A stretch of DNA of 52,154 nucleotides from Octopus bimaculoides (lineage: Eukaryota): NCBI RefSeq assembly GCF_001194135.2, contig NC_068991.1:52322242-52374395 (forward strand). The letters are read 5' to 3'. Numbering within the stretch: position 1 is the stretch's first letter; every line of letters begins with the position of its first letter. The position numbers and the translations under genes are program-made. A model generated the notes under the pieces. It was not told the DNA's origin. It made no database searches and was given only the letters and a program-made list of their open reading frames with translations. Positions 11,041-24,379 of the stretch are shown here, one piece after another.

Positions 11041-12915
11041 CAATTATTTTCCTATCAATCAATTAATTTTAATTGGGATGCAGGTCAATCAATTATTGCA
11101 ATTAATTGTCGATTATTTTGCCGAACGTAAAAGCACCATATATTTTGGAGTGTTAGCTTCGATTTAGAAAAGAGCCAAAATGATAGGAAAATAAAAGGCA
11201 CGCCTTATAAGTTTCAAAAAACTTTATAATCAGTAAACGTTCAAAGTTCAATTTTATTTATTTAGAATAGGGAACAAGCAACATGTATACTCTACATTGT
11301 ACAGTAGTTAAAAAATAAATAAATAGGTCTTTAATTGAAAGGGTTTCTCAAACGAGCAACACAATTAAAATGTTCTAATACAGCAAAAGGCCATGAACAA
11401 TTGCAGATTTCTGAAACTAGGTCTTCATCCCAGAAAGCACGATTGACTTTTAGAAATAATTGCCGGAAATCATTTAAAGCGTAACCTGCTGAGCTGAAGA
11501 AACGTGCCAAGATGTTGGACGTTGGTAACAAAAATCTACAGTTCAGATATTACTAAGGTGAAATTTCATCTTTTTTGTGATTTTTTCAAACAAATTGAAG
11601 CAAAATCATCATCTTCTATAGATAAATCAGACTTTTATGACGTGTCTGTCACCACTTTCAGCTGATGTAGAGCAGCCACTTCATCCGCAGTTAGCTCTAC
11701 TTCTGCATGTTGTAAACTTTTCACAACTCTACTTTCAAAATTTGAGCTGTGCACAATGGCTGCCGATGGAAACAAATATTTTAAAAACTTTTCGTAAGGA
11801 TACAATGCGAGAATTTCGTCAAAAAGAATTCGAGCATCTCCCAAATTTATTTATGTTCTTTGCAAGACGATTGTTACTGAACGTAACTTTCCTAACTCTT
11901 TTAGAGTCGATTACCAACGAAAATTTACTTGGAAGTTCATCAGACATTTTCTTTTCCACTTCTTGAGTAAGTTTCTTCATGTATTTCTTTAAGGTCACAT
12001 TTGTTATATTTCCCAAGTTTGTGTACTTACGAGTCCGTGGGTCTTCAGTAAAGGGAAATGGTTTTAAACCAACACATACCCACTCAATCCAACCACAAAC
12101 ATTTAAGGCCGAGCGACTGACCAAATTACTTCTTGGTGAAAGAAAACTCGATAAAGATGGTTGTCCAGTTGCTTGTGTAGTAGAATACTCTGGATGCGGG
12201 GTTTTTTTTATATGATTCGTAAGATTTAGTCATCCACTTCGTTTTTTGGGGGGTGCGGGGGTCAACTTTTTCCCACACTTGCATTTCCATACATGTGCAT
12301 TGTCTGTTTGGTTAAAATATTTTCTGATGATTTGCTCATTTTCTCGCGGCATGGGTTAGTTTAAAATTTAAAAAATATTGCACCACAGTTTAAAATAGAA
12401 GATATTTCGCCACTCAACCGATGAAAGTCTGATTCAGTTAATATGCTGCAGCGGAATTCAAGATACAATCACGTTGCAAGCGAAGTTACGGTTTAATGAC
12501 TTGAAGACAGAATGTGAGAATCATTCTCGGCAGTCCTAACCAAGCGTCAACACTCGACAGCGGCTATTTGACAACATGCATAATAGCCAAATCCCAAGCT
12601 TGACAGAATGCGTATCATTCTCAGTCGTCCGAATCAAGTCAATTCCTAAGTACGACAGAATGTGTGAATCATTCTCAGCAGTCAGAACAGAGCATCAACA
12701 CAATACTTCAAATAATAATAGAATGTTGTATTTGCCAATTGAACTTTGAATGAAGTATGAGCCATTTGAAAAACTTTCGCTGACAATGTTGCAATTAACT
12801 GCAATTAATTGATATGATAGCAATCAATTGTTTAATTGACAGTACGAATCCAATCAATTAATTGGACCAATATATTGCAATTTGCTTTTTATTAATTAAT
12901 TTTTTACAACCCCTG
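11041..12915 (-). mobile_element. hAT DNA transposon, internally deleted, one TIR retained
   Basis: Minus-strand 5' end CAGGGGTTGTAAAAAATTAATT at 12915. Multiple (ATC)AATTAATTG subterminal motifs at both 12790-12900 and 11050-11115. Encloses a transposase pseudogene. Confidence 0.8.
11331..12352 (-). pseudogene. hAT transposase pseudogene (BED finger, DDE remnants, hATC motif)
   Basis: MPRENEQ...VWKCKCGKKL...SG*LNLTNHIKKTPH (BED-like, TGG>TGA), GWIEWVCVGLKPFPFTED...FSLVID (first Asp). Deletion/frameshift near 11905 leads into TLKELGKLRSVT..LQ..GDARILFDEIL, SAAIVHSSNFES, and LPTSNILARFFSSA (usual ERxFS with Glu>Ala). Confidence 0.85.
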
Positions 12916-12926
12916 ATATCACAACC

Positions 12927-13358
12927 ATGGGCAGGCATGGTTGTGTGGTCAGAAACATGCTTCTCAACGTTATGGCTCCAGGTTCAGTCTCACTGTGTGG
13001 CACCTTATACAGTAACCTCGTGCTGACCATAACATTGTGGATGTATTTGATAGAAGCCCATTGTATGTATGTATGTATGTATGTATGTATGTATGTATGT
13101 GTGTGTGTGTGTATGTGTGTGGCTGTACCTGTGTCTGTGCCTCTGCGTGTGTGTCTGTATGTGTCTCTGGGCGTGTTTGTGTTTCTCCCTCACCAGCGCC
13201 TAACAATCGGTGTTGGCCAAAAAAGACGATAAAATAAATACCAGGCTTTAAAAAATAACTAAGTACTGGGCTCGATTAATTCGATTAAAAATTCTTCATA
13301 GTAGTGTCCCAGTATGGCCGCCGTATAATTGACTGAAACAAGTAAAAGATAAAAGATA
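12927..13358 (+). mobile_element. SINE family A, diverged, with internal (TATG)n(TG)n
   Basis: Head GCATGGTTGTGTGGTCAG...GGTTCAGTCTC, 3' end CAAGTAAAAGATAAAAG. Confidence 0.85.
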
Positions 13359-14184
13359 ACTGAACTCCAATAATGTAAAGTGTAGCGTCTTGCTCTGATA
13401 AACGCAATGTCCTTCAGAAAGATCATTATTCATCAAGTGATACCTACAACTGATCAAGTTGTGAAATTGTTGAAAACCTATACGTTTGTAGTATATATTC
13501 ACGTATAGCAGTGTCTTTGTGAATATACTGGTGATTATATACGTATCTATGTCATTGTCTATCAGCTTGTAATGGTACAGGTTGGCAATCGGTTTAAGAT
13601 ATATTTTTGTATGTGCTACGTTCTATTTTGTATTAATCTAGGGTCTCATCTGAGACAAGCTGTAGCAGAACTCACCCTCTCTATATATCGTTAAAGGTTA
13701 CCAGGAGATAAAACTATTTAAGATGTCTTTGGTGTCATTATTGTTTCAAAAAAAAGGTCAATCCGTGCCGTGTGTGATTTTACTGAAATCCATCTTAATT
13801 TACGTCATCAATGATTACACTACCTTTGTTTGTCCTCAACTTGAAGGAAATCTGAAACTCTCTTACTTTAAAGGCGATTATATCTATACAAAATCTTTAT
13901 AGCTTTTCCTTCCTATTTGCGCATGTGTGTGTACTTATATATATGTATATATGTGTGTGTGTGAGTGTGTGTGTGCATATATGTATATGTGTATGTAAGA
14001 TGTATACGTGCATGTATACACACATGCGTATACGTACATACGACTTTGAGTAGTAGTTGTTTACCAAGAGATTTTATGAGATCGTGGGACTCAAACAATT
14101 GCACTACAGTTGAGCCATTGAAGCTATTAAAACCCATACATTGTTATATTCACCTTCACTTTGTTGTTGTCGTCGTCGTCGTCG

Positions 14185-14215
<31 letters not shown>

Positions 14216-14218
14216 ATA

Positions 14219-14566
<348 letters not shown>

Positions 14567-14929
14567 AACTTTGTACAACTAATGCAGATCAATACTTGTG
14601 AATTTTGAATGGCTACAACGACTCTACTTCTATGTAATTATAATATGTATGCATACATACGTACGTATGCATGCATGCATGCATGCACATTTTTAAGACT
14701 CAAGGCATATAGATATGTAGCAATGCATATATAGTCGTAGCAGACGGTTATAGAGCCACGAATATTTTCAAAATGAATAAACCTGTCCTACCTATAATTT
14801 CACAGTAACACACTTGATCCTTTAAGCAACCAGGCAAAATCATCAAATCATATACGTAAGGAAGTTACATAATACGTTGACCAGAATAGATTTGATATTT
14901 TAATAAACCGTAAATATTAAGAATATTTC

Positions 14930-16000
14930 AGCCAAGAGTGTAAAAGCCCCTATTTATGAATGTCCCAATCAAGGAGAGAATTTGAACAATATAAGATAAC
15001 TGTTATAAATGTTCAGAAAGAATAACATCTAGTATGCAAATTTAAGAAATATAAGAATCATCTTGCTGCCATGCACACCTGAAATTCTTTTGCTCACATG
15101 ATAACATACTCAATAGGGCGAAGTTCTCAACTCAAGCTCATATTTACTGTTTGACAAGAACAACATTCAGAACAAAGAAAATCTGGAACATAACCAAACG
15201 TTCACATTCGGTACATCGATCTTAAACTAAGAGAAGGTTTATTAAACAATTCCATTCTCAAATTCAACATTTAACACAGCACAGGTCCAAATTTAACTGA
15301 AACAACTATGTCCATTTTTAGATGTAAATTTGTCTGTGAGTTATTATACAGATACAACATGTCAACAGTAAAATCTTCCCTCCAAATCTCTTTTAAATTC
15401 TCATTTACAAAAGGTACCTTACAAGAGAGAAATTCAACAAACACTGGTTAACAACAAATGCTCGAACGAGTTAAGGGCAGCAAGCTGTAGAACAATACGA
15501 AGACAAATTAATCCAATCAGATATAACAGACACAACGCTTAGTTAAAAAACACTCGGACCATGCTTATAGCTTGGATAAATTTGTCATGAAAAAGAATTA
15601 AAATCGGAGCAAAATATATTATTAAAAAATCATAAATAAATAAAAAAATTCATCCAAAAACTAATTGCAAGAAAATATTCCAAAAATACTAGAATTTAAA
15701 ATAGAAACTTCCACATCAGCAGGAAACCACAAACCTATAAACGGCAGAGATAACCAAAGTGATTTATAAATTTCAATGTAAATATGAAAATTGTAAACGT
15801 CATGATTTTAACTGTTGCATTGGATATACAACTACGTTGCTTTCTTGTTCACTGATGACGCATTTGTAAACAGGGAAATATTGCAGTATTATATGTAATA
15901 TCAAACATGAAATAAAGACACGAATTTTTCCAGGGGAAAAATTAATTTTTTTTACTAAAGAAACAAATGTTTGATGTCAGGCTTGATGTCAATAAGCCTG
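14930..16000 (+). pseudogene. degenerate Penelope-like element (RT + GIY-YIG endonuclease)
   Basis: Collinear motifs: LFMNVPIKE (~14950; cf. SLFTNVP), IRYID (15206-15220; cf. RYVDD), PFLDV (15311-15326), and VIYKFQCKYENC...CIGYTTTLLS (15759-15850; GIY-YIG). Many stops and indels. Confidence 0.7.
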
Positions 16001-16368
16001 ATATCTTGGGTGACAAAACATGTTAGTTAACAAAAGAACTTAACTAATTATGGGACTTCTGGCCAGGTTCATGAGATATGTAGGATAAAGGGTAACATAC
16101 AGAATATAGTGTAAGGATACTAGTTTTATTAGAAACGCATATATGTGTATTCATGCATGTAAGTGGCTACAAAATATTCTGTATATTTACGTGCATGTCT
16201 ATCGTTACAACAAATTGTGTATGTTTATGTTCATACATAAAAGTACAAATGTTTGTACAAATGTGTATGCAAATATATATTGCATGTGTATATATGTTTG
16301 TATATATGAGTGTGTGTCTATGCATGTGTGAGTGAGTGTGCGTGTGTGCGTGCATGTGTGTATGTATG

Positions 16369-16402
<34 letters not shown>

Positions 16403-17120
16403 CGTATGTGTGTATTGTCTCGGTATAAATGGATAAATAAAAATTTGAAGCTACAAGAATGGCCAAAATACACCTCTATCGAGTATGTGAGAGTGTAATA
16501 TAACTTAGCATTTAAGGGAAGATTTTGGCGGTAGATGGGTTGACCACAAATTTTGGAATTCAACCCAAGAATAAATTTCAGGCCAAAATGTTTAGGCTTC
16601 CTGTGTGTAACAGTGTTCCATTCGTCTCCTATACATGTAAACTTATTCAATTCAATCAGCTTTATGGAACATTTCCTTGTAGTTGTTAAATTTATGTACC
16701 AACTAATTTCTTCCGGTTTCAAAAGCGAGAATTTTCTTCGTCACGCTACTTGTCGTTAATACTTTTGGAGCGAACGGAACTGCCTTTCCACATAATTTCC
16801 CTATTTATTCATATCGTAAACCAATTCTCTTCATTTTAGTAGCAATAGAATATAGTATTTTTCTCGTGTTTCAAAATCTGTTAAGTACATTTTCTTGTAC
16901 TTAACAGCTACACAATATGTCCTTATATATTTCTTCTGCTAATTTAGAAAGTTAACTAAATATTTGAAATATTTTTAAGCTAAGATATACAAAATGTCAA
17001 AAATATAATCAGAAAACACACAACTCTTGTAAGTGAATGGTTCTAAAATTTGTGTCATAAATATTTAAACTTGCACTTATATATTGTGCTAAGGGATGTA
17101 GGTTGTAATATTTTTGTATA

Positions 17121-17256
17121 ACCCGCCGTGGTCGACTTTGCCTTTCATCCTTTCGGAGTCGATAAATTAAGTACCAGTCGCGTACTGGGGTCGATCTAAT
17201 CGACTGGCCCCCTCCCACAAAACTTCGGGCCTTTTGCCTTGAGTAGAAAAGAATAT
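17121..17256 (+). mobile_element. SINE family B, 5'-truncated
   Basis: CCGCCGTGGTCGACTTTGCCTTTCATCC ... GTAGAAAAGAATATT. Confidence 0.85.
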
Positions 17257-18224
17257 TCTCGTATAACGTTTTGAGATAAAAAGCCCCAAAACATTTCTGA
17301 GGATTTAATAAAATAGATTTGTTTTTTTTATATAATTGTTGTTTTACTTCTTTTATGTAAAGTTTGAAAGTTTATAATAGAACTAATTGCTCCATAAAAT
17401 ATCCGATTTGGTGACTCTAAATATATTAAGTAGTTAAGCATTCAGATTTTTTTTTCTTTTTTGTGGGTGTTGTGCTTTAAGGAGATCATGATAGAGAGAT
17501 TTAACTGATATTTCTAGCAAATCGAGAGACTAATGTAGAACTTCCTTCTTGTTAAAATTTTGGAAGATTCTAAAAAACTTTGTACAACGAAAAATGGCTA
17601 CGAATCTGCGTTTCTGTTGAAACATTGATGTAAGAGCTTTTCTTCTATTATACCTTCGGAGATTAAAACTTGTGCAACAATGACGAGTGGCATTGCCTAT
17701 TTGAGGGATACTTAATTTTCACCTCCGACATTTTCTGTCAAAGGTCTTTTATATTTTTTCAATCCAATATTTACTCGCTATTATCTATACCTTTATCTTC
17801 ATCGAGTTCTACCATTGAAAAGGTTTCTTAAATATAACATGCTGTCTACCATTTTGCACCTTCACAAGTCGTTTTACTCTGCACCATTGTAATGATATTT
17901 ATAATATTTATGAATATTTAAATAATTCCATATGAATTCTTTACTACTTGGACAAGCTCTTGCTTCAGCCGTGAATGCAATATATTACCTGAATATATTG
18001 CATTTACTACACCCTCAACTCAATAATACCTGAATATGTTGCATTCGCAACTCCCTCAATCCACCTCTAGAATTACCATTTTCTCATCCCTAAGTTTTAG
18101 TCTAACTTATTTTCATGAGTAACTTATTGATTTTTAGGAATGTTTTAAATTTCGTCACTTAATTATGCTGCTATCAAAACCAGTTTATGTTTCTTAAGCT
18201 ATTGGAGCCAAGTATCAAGTAATT

Positions 18225-18390
18225 GTTTTCAAATTTTGGCACAAAGCCAACAATTTCGGTTAAGTCGAATATGATAACCCAAGTGCTCCGCTGGTACTTA
18301 TTTTACCAATCTGGAAAGGATGAAAGACAAAGTCGACCTCGACGGAATTTGATATCAGAACGTAACGATTGATGAAATGCCGCTAAGCAA
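18225..18390 (-). mobile_element. SINE family B, diverged
   Basis: GAAAGGATGAAAGACAAAGTCGACCTCGACGGAATTTG...GCCGCTAAGCA. Confidence 0.8.
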
Positions 18391-19674
18391 GCATCTAGTA
18401 ATTAAGATGGCATTCCTTTCCCTAGAACATGGATATATTTTGGTTTAGATCAATTGCCAATGATACATTGAATCCATATCTAGTGTGTATTCCAATACGT
18501 ACTTCATTACCAATTTCAAATGGTGATATCATTGCTGTTATTACCACCCAAGTCTTTGATATTTCCATTAACGATTTTTTATGACTAGACACATCACTGA
18601 CATTTCAATCGTATTCGCGAACATAAAATAGAAATTGGGACTTGAGTTCAAACTCAGGACGAAAGACGGACAAAACGCAAAAGTTTTACGCACATGTAGC
18701 TCTACTGCTCTTTTGTTATTACTACTGCTTTTGTTACCGAATATAATGTACAATTCTTCGCCCTCGCAGCCAACAAGTTCGGTCGATCCCTCACTACCCA
18801 TAATTCCATTAAGATTATTTTCTAGCATTTCAGTTTTGTATTTTTCGCGAATTAGACACCAAATTAAGATCCCATTTAAATTTATCAGAAACCCTGGATT
18901 CAAATACTCGCAATTTCATTGTAATACACAGGCAAACAGTGCCATCTATTAGCGAATGGGATTCCTTAAAGTTTTTGGACGTGCATTAATGTCGCAACAA
19001 TTTGCTTATTCTTCTCTTGACAGTTTCAGGCTTTAAAAATAGATATTTTTATATTTTGATGACGTTTCTATTTTGTGAGTATGTGTGTGCATGTATATGG
19101 AGATAAGACCCCATACTTTTAAAGACGTGTACGAAGCGTATTTAAGGGTTAAATTGCAAAATTAACGCTTGTGAGACGAGATTTGAGCACAGAAACAAGG
19201 TTGGACAAATTGCTAAAAACATTTAGCTCATACTCATTGGTGTATATTTTTTTCTTTTTAACTACTACTACTGCTACTACTATTATTACTATTGCTACTG
19301 CTACAACCACAGCTGCTGCTGTTGATGCTGATGCTACTGGTTGCAGCTGTTGCTGCTGTTATTATCAGTGCTATTGTTACTACAAGTGCCTTGTTTTCTC
19401 AATCAGTTAATATTTGTCGGTTCCTCACACATTTGCTAATTTTTTCTCATGTCAGATGTCATGATTATAGAGATAATGGTAATGTGATTTCACTGTCTAC
19501 CTCTCTTTCTGATTCCCCATATATACGTCTGTATGTATGTGTGTGCATGTACGTATGTATATACACGCACACGCATACACCACACACATATACACTCACA
19601 TACACACATATATAAGTAATGGTATATATTCATGGCATATATCAGAGCAAATCTTTCTCTCTCCCTCCCTTTCC

Positions 19675-19753
<79 letters not shown>

Positions 19754-20475
19754 CCTCTTCATTCAGCAATCCAAAGTCTGAAGCACACGGGTTGCCGCAG
19801 GGGCCTGCGAAACTTGAAGCAACNNNNNNNNNNNNNNNNNNNNNNNNNNNNNNNNNNNNNNNNNNNNNNNNNNNNNNNNNNNNNNNNNNNNNNNNNNNNN
19901 NNNNNNNNNNNNNNNNNNNNNNNNNNNNNNNNNNNNNNNNNNNNNNNNNNNNNNNNNNNNNNNNNNNNNNNNNNNNNNNNNNNNNNNNNNNNNNNNNNNN
20001 NNNNNNNNNNNNNNNNNNNNNNNNNNNNNNNNNNNNNNNNNNNNNNNNNNNNNNNNNNNNNNNNNNNNNNNNNNNNNNNNNNNNNNNNNNNNNNNNNNNN
20101 NNNNNNNNNNNNNNNNNNNNNNNNNNNNNNNNNNNNNNNNNNNNNNNNNNNNNNNNNNNNNNNNNNNNNNNNNNNNNNNNNNNNNNNNNNNNNNNNNNNN
20201 NNNNNNNNNNNNNNNNNNNNNNNNNNNNNNNNNNNNNNNNNNNNNNNNNNNNNNNNNNNNNNNNNNNNNNNNNNNNNNNNNNNNNNNNNNNNNNNNNNNN
20301 NNNNNNNNNNNNNNNNNNNNNNNNNNNNNNNNNNNNNNNNNNNNNNNNNNNNNNNNNNNNNNNNNNNNNNNNNNNNNNNNNNNNNNNNNNNNNNNNNNNN
20401 NNNNNNNNNNNNNNNNNNNNNNNNNNNNNNNNNNNNNNNNNNNNNNNNNNNNNNNNNNNNNNNNNNNNNNNNNNN

Positions 20476-20508
<33 letters not shown>

Positions 20509-21337
20509 GTACGCACATAGTAATCCCATATGCATGCACGGCTATACTCGCAAAATACAAAAGGAAGTGCGAATATATTTTATGCAAATATCAACTTACA
20601 ATGAGTTAATAAATTATTATTTTAATATTCATAGAAATATCAATTTTAATCATTGTAGGTGTGTGGGTGTTTGTGTGTGTGTGCTTATGCACATATACGC
20701 ATATACATATATATATATGTTTCTGCACGTATGTGTGTGTGCGTATAAAACAGCGTATAGTGATGTGTAGGAAGAAAAGAAGGATGGGTTATACATGATC
20801 GACACATCCGCAGCCACAGTCATATATACATGCATAATTACGTATAAACATATACACACATACGCAAACACATACACACACAGGCACATACACACGTGTG
20901 TACATATGATTTTTGGCTCATAGTTCTTTCTCATTTTCACCATTCTCTGAAGTGTGTTCCACTGAAAATATTTGCTGTATATAACAAGGTAAGTTTTAAC
21001 GGTACCGCCCAACTCATAATATCTTCAATTTAACCAACCACATGTATTGCTGTGTTACTATATTGCTGTATTATATTCGCCTTATTTATTCTTTCTGCAA
21101 ATAATTCTTCTACCATTTCTGATACTCAATTACCAACATATCCGTTTGGCTTCCATATCCAATCTCTTTCTCGATTTTATTCCTTCTCCACATCCTTGGT
21201 TTTTTTTCCTCCTTTTACCTTATATGGTCCTTGGAGATTGTCTCATTAGAAAAAGTTATTTCTTTCATTCCTCATTATTATCATCATCATCATCATCATC
21301 GTTATAGTTGTTGTTATTATTATCATCGTCATCGTTG

Positions 21338-21371
<34 letters not shown>

Positions 21372-21672
21372 TATCATCATCATCATACTTCAGAAAGGAA
21401 ATAATAAGCAATTCCTGCATTTCTATTCTCGACTATTTCTTTCTCTGACTTTTCAAATTCTTACTACAAAGGTTGTTTGAGGTGTTTTTTTTTTTGGGGG
21501 GGGGGTCTGTTTATACTGATGAATTGCTTTCTGACCCTTTGCTTCCGCGAGTGAAGGTATGACAGTATGATTGAATTCCTGACGAGGCTGTTCAATTGAA
21601 GCGTTTTGGGGAGTCCCAACTGTAGAAACTAAATGACGTCTCTCTCTCTCTCTCACTTTCTCACTCTCTCTT

Positions 21673-21764
<92 letters not shown>

Positions 21765-22624
21765 CGTCTCCTGTTTAGGTCTTTTCTACTCTTGTCAGAC
21801 AACAAAATGAGCGCAGTCAAGTTTGAGCGATTAAGGATTTCGCTTAGCAGCAACATGTTTCTGGGTTCGATCCTACCATAAGACCTTGAAAATGAAAGTA
21901 GGTAGGTGGAAATTGTGCTGAAACTCGTCGAGTGAACTTAAGATGTAATTCGCCAGTAGGTTTAATACCATCAACTAACTTTGATTGACTTTAGCGGGTT
22001 CCACTCTATTGCAAGTATTTTGACCAGGGGATAAGCTATCTCTCTTCCTCCCACCAAACTCGAAGGAAGTTTGCCAAAAAAAAATAATAAATAAAAGAGA
22101 GAGAGAGGAAGAAACCGAGAGAGAGAGAGAGAGTTCTCTAAGACATATAAAAATAACAAATCATTCAGTATACATGTGATAAATTGCTGGAAGAAACCTG
22201 AAATAAATTATACGTTTATATTTAGATTAAATTTTATGTAAACATTTCCTTTATCTTAGAACACGACTAAATTTTGTAGAGGCTTGAATTGACTTCAATA
22301 CAGAGCTGGTGCTTATTTTCTCAAAGTCGGTGGAATGAAAAGCAAAGTAAGGTCAGGTGAGACTTGGAATCGGAGCTGTAAAATAACAAACTAGTTAAAC
22401 TAAAACATCCAGTTCGGCGCTCTGCTGATGCATTCATCAAAAACTCTAATACTGGGATTAAATTATTTTCGTAGATGATTAGTTAAGTATCAGTTTTCAT
22501 GTGGAATATAGGAAACTTGTCGGCAGTTGTTTGAGGTGCAGTGTAGCCGTAAATAATTTCTACAGCAAACACACAAATATCGACATAAGAAGGACTAGAT
22601 GCTTGAAGTCTTACGTATTTTGGC

Positions 22625-22725
22625 AGCGTTTGTGTTTAGAAAGATAGCTTCGGAACCACATGGTTCCAGGTTCAATCCCATTGCACGATACTCGGGCTAA
22701 CTGTTTCCAACATAGCTTCAGGTTC
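22625..22725 (+). mobile_element. SINE family A head, degenerate
   Basis: AACCACATGGTTCCAGGTTCAATCCC B-box segment, followed by (GT)n. Confidence 0.6.
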
Positions 22726-23430
22726 CTGTTTGTGTGTGTGTGTGTGTGTGTATGTGTGTGTGTGTTTGTGTGTGTTTGTGTGCGTGCGTGCGTGTTTGCG
22801 CGCCCGCGTGCATGCGTGTTTGCGCGCCCGCGTGCATGCGTGCGTGCGTGTGCGTGTGCGTCTAACGCCAGAAAGTTCAAGAAACTCGTGGTTTGCCATT
22901 GTCATCTCACTGCCAATAATGGAGTTAAGTAGTGATAGGTCTTTGTGAAATTTGCAACCGCTGACGACGTTATAATTCACAAATTCCGATATAGAATAAA
23001 TAAATAAATAAATATGGACGCAATGATCTCCACTGGAAATACCTATAACAATACTCATGTGTGACACCCCCACCTGCAACCACATACACACACAGAGTAA
23101 ACTGAAGGACTAATACTGTATTTAACAAAGAGAAATATTTGATAGCTGGAAAGTATTTAAACTTCAATTGAAGTAAATACGATGAAATTTAACAAATGTG
23201 TCTTATGAATTCATATAAACATGGGTAGGAAGGAAATCGTTAAAAACATGTTCAGTCACACATCTGCGCACGTGCGCGTGTCTGTATGTAATTTATTTAA
23301 ACTGAAGTCCTCCATAGATATATTAGATTATTCAAAGTAGTTGTAAACGTTTAGTTAAAGTGAAAACAATTGATTATAGCAACTAAAGGCTTCTGTCTCT
23401 GCCGCAAACACTTCCAAAACATTTATACTA

Positions 23431-23828
23431 AGTCGTGGCTGTGTGGTAAGAAGCTTGCCTCTCAACCACATGGTTCCAGGTTTCATTCCCACTGCATGGT
23501 ACTTTGAGCAAGCGTCTTTCTGCTATAGCCTTGGGTTAACAGAAGCCTCGTGAGTGAATTCGGTAGACGCAAACTGTAAGAAGCCCGTCGTATACATATT
23601 TGTTTTTTTGTGTGTGTGTGTGTCTATCTATGTTAGTCTCCGACCACCACTTGACAACCAGTGTTGGTATGTTTACGTCCCCGTAACTTAGCGATTCGGC
23701 AAAATAAACCGATAGAATAAGTTCCAGGCTTAAAAAAGAAACATAAGTACTCGAGTCGATTCATTCGACTATAAATCCTTCAAGGTGGCGCCCCAGCATG
23801 ACTGCAACTGAAATAAGTAAACGATAAA
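23431..23828 (+). mobile_element. SINE family A
   Basis: Full head-to-3' homology with 2321-2760. Confidence 0.9.
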
Positions 23829-23840
23829 TGATGACGATGT

Positions 23841-24041
23841 ATTCTTTTCTACTCTAGACACAAGACCCGAAATTTTGGGGGAAAGGGCCAGTCGATTAGA
23901 TCGACCCCAGTACGCAACTGGTACTTAATATATCGACCCCGAAAGGATGAAAGGCAGAGTCGAACCCAGAACGTAAACACAGACGAAATACCGCTTATCA
24001 TTTCGCCCGGCGTGCTAACGATTCTGCTAGCTCGCCTCCCT
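23841..24041 (-). mobile_element. SINE family B, tail-to-tail with the preceding family A copy
   Basis: Reverse complement of the family B head and body, with an internal deletion. Confidence 0.85.
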
Positions 24042-24379
24042 ATGATGATGATGTATTAACAGAAGCAATGGAGAACTTATATGTTTCAAGTATTTTTCTC
24101 TTTAACGTTTTCTGTTAAAATCCCGACCTTGTCTTTCATCACCTCTGCAGCCAACAAAGTAAATATCAAATATGGAATGAATCAAATGTATCGATTATAT
24201 CTCTATCTTCCAAATATTGTGTCAATGTAAGATGATTGTAATCTAGTAAAATAGTCAATGAGTGAAAGCTGTATATATGAGATGATTTCACTCGCAATTG
24301 TAAGATAAACCAGGACCTGTTTTGAATGACAAGACTACCCAAGACAATTTGAAGTTCTGGTCTAATGCTGAATATTGGA

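Noticed and set aside
18568-18952. Overlapping ~110-aa ORFs with a poly-Leu stretch
   Set aside because: The Leu run derives from a decayed trinucleotide repeat; no recognisable domain or splice support.
21798-21881. Good acceptor plus CAAAATG start (MSAVKFERL...)
   Set aside because: Stops after 24 codons and overlaps a B-box-like SINE remnant (GGTTCGATCC).
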